Position numbers and translations under genes: made by a program. Source: Eledone cirrhosa (lineage: Eukaryota). Taken from it: a stretch of DNA of 64,000 nt. Under the pieces are notes generated by a model, which was not told the DNA's origin, searched no databases, and saw only the letters and a program-made list of their open reading frames with translations. Positions 37,308-51,105 of the stretch are shown here, in pieces; the stretch's first letter is position 1, and each line of letters begins with the position of its first letter. Location: assembly GCA_964016885.1 (NCBI GenBank), contig OZ024740.1, forward strand, positions 336,288,001 to 336,352,000, read 5' to 3'.

Positions 37308-37469
37308 GGTTTATATAGGCACAAGGCCAGCAATTTGGGGGGGTGAGTCGATTAAATTGACCCCAGTGCGTGACTGGTACTTTATTTTATTGACCCCGTA
37401 AGGATGAAAGGCAAAGTTAACCTCGGTGGGATTTGAACTCAGATCATAAAGAGCCGTAACTCTATGCTG
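37308..37469 (-). mobile_element. 5'-truncated family-A SINE with 16-bp TSD
   Basis: acatctaatgaataat at 37292-37307 and 37470-37485. Confidence 0.85.
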
Positions 37470-37989
37470 ACATCTAATGAATAATAGAATGGAGCTATAT
37501 AGAGGTGTGGGCTTTTATGGCTGCTCAACGTAAGCAAAATCCACACATACAACATAGTTAGTACAGAACGCATCGTTTTTCGTCTCTCATTTGAAAAGAA
37601 GTTATTTACCTTGAAATATTATGATGCAATATAATGAGTAAAAATATTGTTTTGTTCTGTTTGTGATCCTTTACCCCAAAACCTCTTTTATATTTCTATA
37701 TTTCTATCCGCATTGTACGGCTCTCTGAGCTTCCTTATCGCTTATTACATATTTCTAACATGTATATATATATATATTCTCAGGAAAATGGGAAAACTCG
37801 GCGTATGGAAGCTGTTAGAACAGCAAAATACCGTCGAAGCGGTGTTGGGTAAACTATTACCTCGAAGGGCAGAGATCAGTGGCTCGATGTGAGTTGACTC
37901 GAAGGAAGGAAGGAAGATAGGAAGGAAGAAAAATAAGAATATATATATTGTTTCACTTTATTTCGTAGTGACAATCGTAGTGACTTCTT

Positions 37990-39355
37990 AAAACCTGTAA
38001 CTTCCCTCCCTTTGTCTTTGAACTACAAATCTGTATCTTACGTTCAAGGAAGAATATTTTAGGTTTTACATTAGATTGGGAGAATCTCATAAGATTGGAA
38101 TACGTATCTGAGATTAAAATGCTTGTGATTTATATCTTTATATTTCATGTTTATGCCCCCCCCAAAAAAAAAATCTCGCTTTCTCTCTCTTTCTCCCCCT
38201 CTCTCACTCTCTCTCTCTGTCTATCGATCTATCTATCTATTTATCTCTCTTTTCTCTCGTTCTAGTGAACCTACCAACCAATCAAAATGAAATTTTTGAA
38301 GTAACGTCTCCCGACCATTGAAAGTATTCCAGCTTACTTAGTGTTCGTACAGTTGTCAGACGGATAAGTTGGTAAATCATGCAGCGATTGCTAAAACGCT
38401 GAAGTAAGAGAAAAAATATATATTTCTTGCTCACCTTTGAAGTGCACATGCCGTGACAATGGTCATAAAGAAACTAAATGGAAATGCCTTTCACAAAACC
38501 AAAAAATATATATATTTTTTTAAATCATGATTCGTGAATTGAAAAATAACTGCATCGAATCAATGGCGGTGAACAGGAATTTATACAACACTTTGCCTCT
38601 ACAAATCTCTCTTCCTCTTCTTCTCTCCCCCTCTACTTCTCACTAATTATTTTACTTTAAAAGTGAAATCCTGTAAGTAATTATCGCTTACCTATTCAAA
38701 CTGAAAATATGTGACTTATCTTTATAATTTCAACATTCTGCCTCTCTTCATCCTTTGTCATTCTTTTTTTTTCTCTCTCTTTCTTTCACTCTCTTTTTAT
38801 ATCCCTCTTTCTCGTTATTTTTCTATAAAATTTAAAACCTGTAAGTAAAATAATTACCATTAACATCTCTTTGAACTGAAAAATGGTGACCTTATCTTCA
38901 TAAATTAACCTAAAACATTTTTTTCTGTATCTTTGAACTACAAAGCTGTATTTCTACTGTCAAGAAAAAAAAACTCTGAGACATTTACATTAAATTGAAA
39001 AATCTAATAAGATTCAAATACGTATCTGTAATTAAAGTGCTTATGAATTTTAATATCTTCATTTTTCATATCTTGTCTATAACCTCATAACTAAGAGAAA
39101 AAGAAAAATACAAAAAGGAATATACGTATATATTAAATCGAAAGTTATCTCTCTCTCATTCTCTCTCTCCCTCTCTCCCTCCCTCTTCTTCTCTCCCTCT
39201 CCCTCTCTCCTACTCTTTCTCTCTCGCCCTATCTCTCTCTCTCTTTTTTTTCTTCATCATCTTCACCAAGGGGGAATGTTTGAATGAAACAACCTATCAA
39301 TATGAAGCATTGTGTGTGTATGCGTGTGTATATATATGTGTGCATGTATACTTGC

Positions 39356-39408
<53 letters not shown>

Positions 39409-40160
39409 AGTATTCTCATACGGCAGGGCCTAATGGATTCCCCTTGCAGTACGTAGAATCTGGACACTCACACACACCTTGGAGTTATGACAATACTATA
39501 CATCATTTCACCCCTTTTATTATTAATATTTTTGATGTTCTTTTGAGAGAATCGTTTTTGCAAATTACTGAAAATATCGAATAATGTACACCATTTTTAC
39601 CAGTATCACAAAAATACTGGTCCATCCACACATACACACTCGTACACTAAGATACAAACAGACATACACACACACACACACACACACTTCTCCGTATAAG
39701 AAAAGAGCTGAAAAATATCTTTCAACATGTTAAAATATCCCCCACACATGTACACACACATTCCTACTGACCGAATTTATTCCCTCTACCACGAACCACT
39801 CTGCTACACACACACACACACATATATATTTGTCTTAATAAACACCTGAACTGTTGACCTTTCAACATGACTGCAATTCACACACACATCCTTACTGACC
39901 ATTATCACAACAATGAACCTCTTTACTACACACACCCACACATATATTTGTCTTAAAAGACTTATTTTTCAGTGACTTCTCAATCAGGCGAAAAAGGACA
40001 ATCTTTGACAAACCTACATTTGGCGCAAAATCAATTTTTAACATTCACGTGACCTCTACCGACCAATCAAAATTGTTTTGACTACAAGAATTTCTGCAAC
40101 ACGAATTGCCGCAAAATTTATAGTACTCATTCACGTGACATTCAACAACCAACCAAATCT
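37990..40160. repeat. Degenerate local repeats of an unclassified element
   Basis: aaaacctgtaa / ctttgaactacaaa / tacgtatctg recur at ~37990-38140 and ~38660-39070. ~120 bp units at 39700-39960. accaa(t/c)caaa recurs three times. Confidence 0.5.
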
Positions 40161-40403
40161 TAATACCTCTGGAGCCACTTTTTTCACATAAAAGAGGAAG
40201 AATTTCCAAAACTGATCAGATTAGAGCAAACATCACGACCGCTCTATCTCAAAATTATTTTTGAAAAGCATTAGAAATGCGCAACCGGTAAAAACTTAAA
40301 ACTAAAACTGAATACTAACCAATACTTATTACTAATTTATACTTATTCCTAATTAAACTATTTTTTACTGGAAAAAATTTGTCAGCATTTTCTTTTCCTT
40401 TTA

Positions 40404-40517
<114 letters not shown>

Positions 40518-40619
40518 TAGGTGAAAGCTAAATAATCCAATATAATAAAAATTTCTGTTTGCGCTTAAGATTTCGATCGCAAAGGACATTTTTCAAAATC
40601 GGTTTTAGAGGAAGCTAAA

Positions 40620-40697
<78 letters not shown>

Positions 40698-41040
40698 AAG
40701 AGTACACATAATGAAGTTGACAGACATCTGGACGAGCTCTGGTAAATGTCGAAGGCCACCTGCCAAGGTTCACTGTAGCTGCAAGCTTGGTGCATCTTTT
40801 CACTAATTTGAATCGACGAGTCAACAGATCAACGATAGATATCTTTTCCTCTACAATTGTTTGAAATTAGATAAATACAATACATTACCTCAAATTCATC
40901 TGGTTGTATGTGGTTAGTATCTAACGGACTCCTTCTGGTTATTTTGCATTGTATGAAATCGAATCTTAATTAAAGCCAGACAAATGAAATCTAATGAAAC
41001 CAAATAATTCGATTTCATGTTGCGTAATTTTATGCGTATA

Positions 41041-41083
<43 letters not shown>

Positions 41084-41230
41084 CAAGTAAGAATATTTTC
41101 GAAACAGCGAGTGGGTTTGAAATTATTAGAAATGTAAGCTATCGCGTATTTTGACGAAAGAAATTAAAGAAATTATTTAGCCTGATAGTGGGGTTAAGAA
41201 CCCTCGAGAAATGGAAAAAGATGAGTATTG

Positions 41231-41298
41231 ACGTACATGAGAGTCGAACCCACAACTTTGATTATCCGGACCACTGTGCTACCATTTACACCAACACA
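41231..41298 (-). mobile_element. tRNA-like SINE head (not a functional tRNA)
   Basis: TGGTGTAAATGGTAGCAC...GGGTTCGACTC (A and B boxes); the anticodon arm does not fold cleanly. Confidence 0.6.
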
Positions 41299-41324
41299 TA
41301 TATATTTGTATATATATATATATA

Positions 41325-41437
<113 letters not shown>

Positions 41438-41442
41438 ATACA

Positions 41443-41475
<33 letters not shown>

Positions 41476-41504
41476 TTGTATATATATGTGTGTGTATATA
41501 TATG

Positions 41505-41556
<52 letters not shown>

Positions 41557-41860
41557 CATGGATAGATATATGTATATATATATATATGGAGAGAGAGAGA
41601 GAGAGAGAAATGGAGATACAGACAGAGAGAGAGACAGACAGATAGATAGATATAGATATCTCAACCTAATTAGTTCTATCGTTCCTTTGGTATATATTGT
41701 GTGTTAGTTTCGCCTACCACAATGTTCGATTTGTCAAGCTATTTAAACGTATGTTATAACTCTGAGACCTATCTTATCGAGTGCTTTGCTAACTCATCAC
41801 TTCATATAAGTAGGCCGAATTTACTTGCAAACCACCAGAGATTCGATTTTACTGATTTCC

Positions 41861-42707
<847 letters not shown>

Positions 42708-42740
42708 TGTCTATCTCTATCTGTATATATATATATATAT

Positions 42741-44117
42741 CTAGGGCGGGTAAAATTCCCGAGATTCATGGACGAGTTCTCTCCAGCGGTCTCTGTTCCT
42801 CATCATCGCTGCCATGTCCTGCGACTCCAATACATCAGTGTCTGTCCTTAGGGCATCAACATACGTTAACCTTGGTCTTCCTCTTCCTGTGTGTCCATGT
42901 AGTGGCTCCCACAGGAGCACTGAGTGCAATGTCAACTCTGGATGTCGGTGAGCATGTCCAGCTAACCTCAATCTCCTCTGTGTCACTTTTGAGCTGACTC
43001 TTGGGAGCTCCCATACAGCTCTGAATTTTTCATCCTTAGTGTATACTGATTAATGTTCAGACCCATGCTCAGCATTCTCGTGTAGCACCCATCCACTATC
43101 TGAGTGAGTTTCTTGGTCAGTGTCCAAGTCTCAAACCCGTACAGCAGCACAAACTCCACTACAGCAATGAAGAGGCGGACCTTCAGGTCTTCAAGTAGGT
43201 CCGACTTCCACACCGATCTCAAGCTGTGGCACGCCGCCCAGGCTTTGCTCTTCCTCTCAACCACATCATCTTCCGTATTCCCAATCTTTGCTCTCAAATA
43301 CAGGAAGTCCTCAACCAATTCTAGCTGCTTCCCGCCTACATTAGTGATCCCCTCTGGCCTCTCAACATTCTCTACCAGATATTTTGTTTTAGTCTCATTG
43401 ATTCTCAGCCCCACACTCATCGACACAGTCTCAACCTCCTGCATCAAATCCTCTGCCTCCTTCACTGTATTTGTCACCAAATCTATGTCGTCGGCAAATT
43501 CAGCATCTGATATCTTTTTCGCCTTAACTCTCCTGCTCTGAGCCGGTGCTACAGTAAAGCCAGAGTCCTGGTGTTTCTCCAGTGCAACGCGCATACAATA
43601 GTCCACTACGATGATAAAAAGGTAGGGAGCCAATGTATCTCCCTGGAACACTCCAGCCAGTATCTCAAAGAACTCTGTCATCCCATCAGGTGTAATGACT
43701 TGGGCTTTGGTGTTGGTGTAGAGCAATGATATCAGGTCCACTATCTTCTTGGGGATTCCATAAGCCTGTAAGATCTTCATCAGGCAGTGACGGTCCACAG
43801 AATCAAAGGCCTTCTCAAAGTCAATGAAATCAAGGAGGGCAAGGCTCATGGAGTAGATGGAGTGGCATCAGAGGTAATGAAGAGGTGTGATTTTGATGAT
43901 ATCATCCTGGGGTTCTGTAACCAGGCACTGCAGAAAGGAGTTGCCCCGAATCAGTGGAGTATCAGTAACATCGTCCCAGTGCCAAAGAAGGGAGATCTCT
44001 CTAACACCAACAACTACAGGAGGATCTCACTGACGTCACTTGTGGCAAAGACCATCAACAGGATGATTCTTAAAAGGATCCAGCCTGAGATGGAGAAGAA
44101 GCTCAGGGACAACCAGC
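42741..44117 (-). mobile_element. 5'-truncated RTE-group LINE with 5' inversion (junction ~43828)
   Basis: Minus strand: FIDFEKAFDSV, QGDTLAP, FADD, LLYGFETW. Plus strand 43830-44117: PVPKKGDLSNTNNYRRISL (upstream RT). (TA)n flanks. Confidence 0.88.
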
Positions 44118-44135
44118 ATATATATATATATATTT

Positions 44136-44203
44136 AAGCGGTTAAACCAGTGTTCTAAATAGCTTGCCTTGGCAAGCTATTTAGAACACTGGTTTAAGCG
44201 CTT
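44136..44203. repeat. Near-perfect hairpin with ~33 bp arms and 2-nt loop
   Basis: aaaccagtgttctaaatagcttgcc-tt-ggcaagctatttagaacactggttt. Confidence 0.9.
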
Positions 44204-44208
44204 TACTT

Positions 44209-44245
44209 CCCTCCGAAGAAGAGATATTATCTCGAAAATTAAGGA
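44209..44245 (+). ncRNA. Minimal hammerhead with CCGAAGA core
   Basis: cct-CCGAAGA-a-gagat-att-atctc-GAAA-at-TA-agg, with AATAAA shortly downstream. Confidence 0.65.
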
Positions 44246-44378
44246 CATTTAAATAAATTTAAGGTAAAAGACTAACTGTCAACAATATCTTTTGCATTTG
44301 CATTTTTATTCTATGTCCATACCTGCATTGTTTTGGCATTACTCATTACACAATGCTTCAAGTGAACTATAACTTCCT

Positions 44379-44448
<70 letters not shown>

Positions 44449-44807
44449 CAATATATAGTTAGTTTAAACATATATAAACATATATATGTTTAAACTAACT
44501 GGTTTAAAACTGGTACAATCCTGCGATACATATTTTTCTCTGATAACCGATATTTTCACCCACTTGTTAATTTGTGTTTGATTTGAAAGTTGTTGGTTGA
44601 GTATTTATGGAAGGGCCGAAGCGTAGAATCTCGACTCCTGGCCAGCACATCGAATTCTGAGCCAATAGCCAATCGGTTGACGGTATATTGATGACGCGGG
44701 GGATTCCAGTTGCTACTCTACTACTGTGTCGCCTGTCGCATTTACTGCAATAGCCAGCACAGACTGGAGTCGAATCCTGTCGATCGATTGGTTATTAATT
44801 AGGTGAG

Positions 44808-44918
44808 ACCCGCATGATGAAGTCACATGCACCGATTTTGCATTATTATAATAAATGTAGATAATGGATGCGATACGCTTTCTTATTGCATATGTGTGGC
44901 AGAAACTCGAGTACGGGT
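44808..44918 (+). ncRNA. Hammerhead-like motif with 1-nt core insertion and long stem II
   Basis: acccg-CATGATGA-a-gtcaca...tgtggc-a-GAAAC-tcga-GTA-cgggt. Confidence 0.65.
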
Positions 44919-45314
44919 ATAAATTTATGGTGCCCATTTACATGTGTTGTATCGAGGGAGATAACTTTGTGTCTACTCTGGGATTTTTACATAACGTTAC
45001 ATATTGAGCACGCTGAGATACAACCGGTACTAGCAGGGAAACCTTATGCTAGTCCCGTTAACCTCTTGTTAACCATATATATATATATATATAAATGGGT
45101 AGGTAAGTAGATTCCCGAAGAAGAATTGACCACAGTTAAAGAAGGTACTCAATACGTTGGTAGAGCATAAGCATCTATATCATATATAGTAATGAGCTCT
45201 ACAGGACTGAACTATTTCATTCCTATGATCCTATGATGATTGCATGCGAATGAAGCAGTTCTAGTCGTGTGTAGCAGTCTTCTTCTTCTTCTTCTTCTTC
45301 TTCTTCTTCTACTT

Positions 45315-45525
45315 ATTCCTGAGAGGGTCATGGAGGCAGAGTCCTCAAACACTGCTTCCAGCGGCTCCTGTCAGAAGCAACCGTCTTCAAGCCCATGGAT
45401 GTTATCCAGCAATCATACTCGGGCTCTACTCCTGGATCTGCTGCCGGTTGGTTTTGCCCGTAAAATCTGTCCAGCGATTCTTTCCTAAAACATTTTAACC
45501 ACCTACCCATAGCATTGGAGCTGTG
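45315..45525 (-). mobile_element. 3' fragment of an RTE-group LINE with (AAG)n tail
   Basis: Homologous to 18620-18860. Confidence 0.65.
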
Positions 45526-45577
45526 ATCTAATGAGTCTCAGTTAGTAACACCTTATCCGAATTATACTGCGTGCGTG

Positions 45578-45618
<41 letters not shown>

Positions 45619-46211
45619 ATGCCTGTAAGTACATTTATGTACGTGTGTCTGTGTGCGAGCGTGTTTTGTACGTATCTGTATGCGTATGTGTGTGAACAAA
45701 GGTTGGATACGAAAATGCTGAGGGGAGAACTCTGCATAAAGTATGCACACGCAAATTAACATCCAGATTCTATTAGTACATACAAAGATTGTTTCACTCA
45801 GACATTTTTACCGCTACCCTTTACTGACACACAAAATCAGAGTATAATTCTTTTCCTCTTTCCTATATATTTGGCTCTATTCTAAGTCTAGTCAACTTGT
45901 TAAGGGAATACTCTGGGGAGATTTAATAAGATGGAAACATGTCTTCTGTTTTCGCCAAGTTGGCTAATAGACAAGATTCACTCCCACCAAATTGTTTTAA
46001 ATATTCAGAGAGTGAGACTCTATTTAGGTGTAATTATATATGAAGAAAGAAAGAGGAAAAGAGAGATACATATATACACATGTATGTATAAATATACATA
46101 TGCATGTATGAATATAAATAAATAAATATACATATATATATATATATGCATATTTACATATACACCCCAGACATTTACTCACACACATATATATACATAT
46201 ATACGTATGTG

Positions 46212-46246
<35 letters not shown>

Positions 46247-49200
46247 CTGTGTGTATATATATATATGTATGTATACAAGCGTGCGTGATACTGTTTCTCA
46301 TCCATATATCTGTGTAGACTATATTATTGAATATAACTAAATACGCGTCTATGACAATAAACCACGTACAAACAACGAGCCCAATAATAATTTCTGGTGT
46401 AAGTTAATAACATGACTGAAAAATCCAATAATCTCTCCTGAAAAATCCATTAGTCCGATGGATGATATTTCTTTTTTACGTCACGTGCCTCTGATCCGTG
46501 TGATAAAAATGTTACAGATCGCTTCCTGTTTTTACGCTGATTAAATAACTTATATTACTCTCTGAGTTAACAATGTGGTTTTATGATCAGTTGCTTGGAG
46601 CAAGTCTTAGACAAATAGATTAGGTTCAACTCATTTTTTTTTTTTTACTTTTCCTCGTGGTTGTAAAATAGAGAACTATAGTTAGTCGGATCGATAGAGT
46701 TTTGCTCTGCAGATCAAACTATTCGTGGTATCGTTTCCAATCAAAGGCTCTACATTGTGTTCATACGGAAATTCAACTCTCAAAAATCGTTCAATACATC
46801 TAGCATTTAGGAAGCCTTTCCGTGGTAATTCGACTTGCTAAAAATGCCAGCCATGTCACCCTCAGTCAAATAAGAAAGGAAGACCACATCGGATAATGTA
46901 ATCCTGTATTTTTAGGTAGGTTATGCTTTGGAAAACCATGGTATGATCCTCAGAGTGGAATGAACCTCTTTCAGTGTGCCCTGGGTCTAAACAATAACAA
47001 ACATAGGTACGATGGATTGGTCTATTTAAGAGATATTCTAAGTAGGTGATTTATTTATTTCTAGTTATATGTTCGATTTCATGCATGTGTATCTTAAAGA
47101 ATGTTGGGCTTCGCCAGTCTAACATCCTCTAAGCATTGTAGGAAAAGTTATGGAACCCTCAAAACATAACATTATATATGTGAATAACATGCTATGTAAA
47201 ATGTATTGTGATAGCTATTCCTGGGTTCCCTAAAATTTATCACTAATATCAGATCGATTTATTTAAGATGTACACACGTGCAGGATGTTAATTAGATAAC
47301 TACCTGTTATATATTGTGGTTGATTCCATCAACCGAAAAGAAAATTAACGCGAGAAAGTGTTTAAATATTTTCATAAAATATCATTTTTTTTATATTGGA
47401 TATTTTTGCGATCTAAAGTCTTTTGACAACGGGTATCCAGAGGAAAAATATATTTCTAAACATAACTCCTCAGAATATACAGGCACTAGTTGGAAAAACT
47501 TTCCGAGCCAGACACACCTTATCTGATGTTTCAATTCCAAAGAATTTTGGAAATCTATAATCTATAATCGAGTTCAAATCCAATTGAGGTCAGTTTTGCC
47601 TTTCATCAAAGTACTAGTCCAAGTCCGGTGGGTTGGCGTTTCTATAGAGTCGAAGGCAATGCTTTGTGGTATTGTTCTAGCTCTGTGAATTCTGACTGGC
47701 AGATATTATCAGTAAGGAAAGGATCAATAAAAATATAGCTTCCTTGATATGATCTGTTAATCATCCTCATTTCTTTTTCTTTTTTAAATCTAATAGCCCA
47801 ATTTGAGTTTCAACTAATCTTCTTATTCACTATCATTTTTGCAGACGTTTTGCTAAAAGTACTTTCCAATACCATGAAAGCTGTCACCAAACTGAAACCG
47901 TAACAAAGATGAGTTCTATTTGTTGACAGGTTGTGTGTGGTTGTGTTGTTATTTTGTTACAGCTTACACCTACGTGGGTTTACTGGGCCTCTTGTAAGAT
48001 TGTATTGAGTGCTTTATTGATACAGGCCCTTAATTGGAATTCAGAATACACAGAGCCTGAACAAATAAAGAAATTTCGCCAATACATTATTTATCGACCT
48101 CGAAAGAATGAAAAACAAAATTTACTTTGGTAAAATAAGAACAAATGCTGCAAGGGACTTAATCCGAGACTGCATTCATTTTCATATATGACGATAAATG
48201 CCGTATGATCAGTAGATTCTGCCAAATCTTCTCTAGAAATATGTCCTATTTATTCTGTAGACTACATAAGATATTTCGAAACTATATATTTCATGTATGG
48301 TAAGAATAGAATACATCTTAACTCTATATCATTTTTTCTCACTGCCAGAGAGGAAGCCCCATTTGTATGCTTAATATTTTTCGATTAGGGTAGTTATACT
48401 AAGTCAGGCTGTACTCGATAAGATGGGAAGGATGATAGTAGTGATTTCGATCTTTAGATATCTAGCAAACGCTGGAGAAATCGACACAGCAAATATCACC
48501 ATAATAATCACAATGTTATTAATTTATATTCCATGAGTCAATAACCATAAATGGTACTGCCCAAATGCTAGTGTTGCAAATATTATGCATCTCAAAACGA
48601 ACATAAAATTTGTATTCTTCAACTCGCATTCAAATAGAGATTTACGAAATAATCATCACAACTAATATTTATTTCTAACAAGCGCGCCACATATGGATGA
48701 AGAGAAGTCAACTGTTAATAAAAGGGCGCATAACTCTATTGTATTGTTATCGAAGTCTCTCTAACAATTGTGGATTTGTTGCCTTTGTTATTAAATCTTT
48801 GGAAATATTTTGTTTCGTAAATTTGCGTTTCAACCACACCTTCCCTTCATCAATCATCGTTTGTTTAATGTTTTTCGCGCTGGACATCAAGTCCCACATG
48901 GTCTATCATAGTTTCAACCGTAAAACATCCGAAATGTAAGTGAAATGGTCACGCAAATATAGCATGGATATTAGTAGGAATGGAATGAGATCCGTTAGCT
49001 CTAATCATTAACACTTCAAACACCTCTCTTTAATAAACAGTCAATAATTGTTGTTTCCGTGACAAAGGATCGTGTTGGAAACCTTCACATACAAAACAAC
49101 GGACGTTAGTTCCACACATTATTTTTAATGATTCATCACATACAAGGCTCGGCAATCGATAATAAATTCTGACTAGATTATTCCAATAATTTGCTTCTCC

Positions 49201-49940
49201 GATACCATCGAATTACCGGTCTTCAGAGAATCCGGATAAATGCAGAATGCTGTTACCTCTATAAATGTGAACGAATATTTTGGCTTCAGTTATTGATAGT
49301 TATTTTTCTTATTATAGTTGTTCGATAGAAAATTGCAGCCAGACATGTTTTGCTATGAATAATAGATGTTTGGAACCAATTTATAAATAAAGTATTTTGT
49401 TGTCACTAAATAACAAGGTTTTTTCCAAAGAACGTGTGAACAGAAAATATAGAAGTTGTCACTTGAAGGCTGTATTTTGTTTTCAGACTCAAATTACGAG
49501 AGTTGTAACAATTACAAGAAACTCGATAATGTTTTCATCAGATATTGGTTGAATTGCTGGAATTAATATATTATAAAACAGTGGGTTTGTCTTTTTACTT
49601 GTTTCTATTTTATTTCAGTCACATTTTCACGATGCATCTTAATTAAAAGTCTGTTTGTTACGAGAGCAAAACTAAGACTGCTGAATATCTAAACTAGACT
49701 GAAATGAAATACGCTTCTCAAAGTGCATTAGCTAGGTACTGTTCGGAGACGGGAGAAATGGGGATAATACATAACATGTTAAAAATAAACAGAACCAACA
49801 ACACCACTATCATCATTGTCGTCATCATCAGCAGCATTGTAACATATAGCAAACTCCATTCGGTCTATATATTAACATGTTGTACTCTTAAAACAGGCAC
49901 ACATGTGTGTGTGCCTGTGTATGTATATACATATATATAC

Positions 49941-50047
<107 letters not shown>

Positions 50048-50048
50048 C

Positions 50049-50123
<75 letters not shown>

Positions 50124-50226
50124 CTATATATATATATATATATATATATACTATATATATATATATATATATATATAAATCAGGAAAGAAGGTTTACATG
50201 GTTTGCTATACAAAAAAGTTTTTAAT

Positions 50227-50343
50227 CACATAGCTTACATTTGTTTCACTGAACTGGTATGTCTAGAGATCGCTATCCGCCTAATTTTGCGTCACTCGAT
50301 CGCCAATACAGAATTATAACCAGTCAGATCTTCGGAGCATGCG
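50227..50343 (-). ncRNA. Type I hammerhead (mirror of 55310-55426)
   Basis: Reverse complement of the right-arm motif. Confidence 0.75.
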
Positions 50344-50698
50344 AGAATGAAGAAAATACACAGGCAAGAAAATAAAAGAAAATATGGAGTAGTTATGGCA
50401 TTCAATTAGAACAATAAACAACAACAATTATTACAACAATGCTATCAATAAACTATTTAAGGAGACCCTGACATTACTTAGGTGGGGGGTATATAATGTA
50501 TCTAATGTTACGGCGTGAAAACCAGCTGTCATAAGGCAAAAAGTATCGTAGTGTGTATCAATTTTAAATTATAAAGATAAGCTAGTTTTTACAGTCTTTC
50601 TCTTCATCTTCAACCGTATACATGAGTGGGACCACTGTCAAAGCTCAATAGTAGTAGAGTTAATACAGAGGTTAACGAATTAATATACGCATATATCT

Positions 50699-50775
<77 letters not shown>

Positions 50776-51105
50776 TAAATACATATACACACATATGTGT
50801 ACATAGACAAATACATACACACTAATATACACTCGTACAAAAATATACATACATGCAAAGAGAAAAGCGTGCTAATTGTAATATGGCAAAAAGAGGGTAA
50901 AGTAACATTGTAGTAGTGAAATGAGAAAAACTAGGATCTAGGATCAAATGATTGCAGCAGCTGAGAAGGAGTAAGATTGTTGGTAGATGAGGTATTTACA
51001 GACTATTGTGTGGTATAGACTTGTGAAGGAAATAGTATACTTAATGAATATATATTTTGTGGGTAGTAGGTATCCTAATTTAAAGCTATGTTATGTTGGT
51101 TCGAT

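Noticed and set aside
41231-41298. Functional tRNA gene
   Set aside because: A and B boxes are present but the cloverleaf is incomplete; better explained as a SINE head.
45108-45160. CCGAAGA...GAAG-gtac-TC motif, and a similar CAGAAGA motif at ~56170-56210 (minus)
   Set aside because: Stems or the GAAA are incomplete; not distinguishable from chance.
48500-49560. Possible host exons or pseudogene (GNSILHL, NVRCFVCEG on minus; acceptor-like ttttcag at ~49486)
   Set aside because: Short motifs broken by stops, with no coherent splice model; needs BLASTX or RNA-seq.
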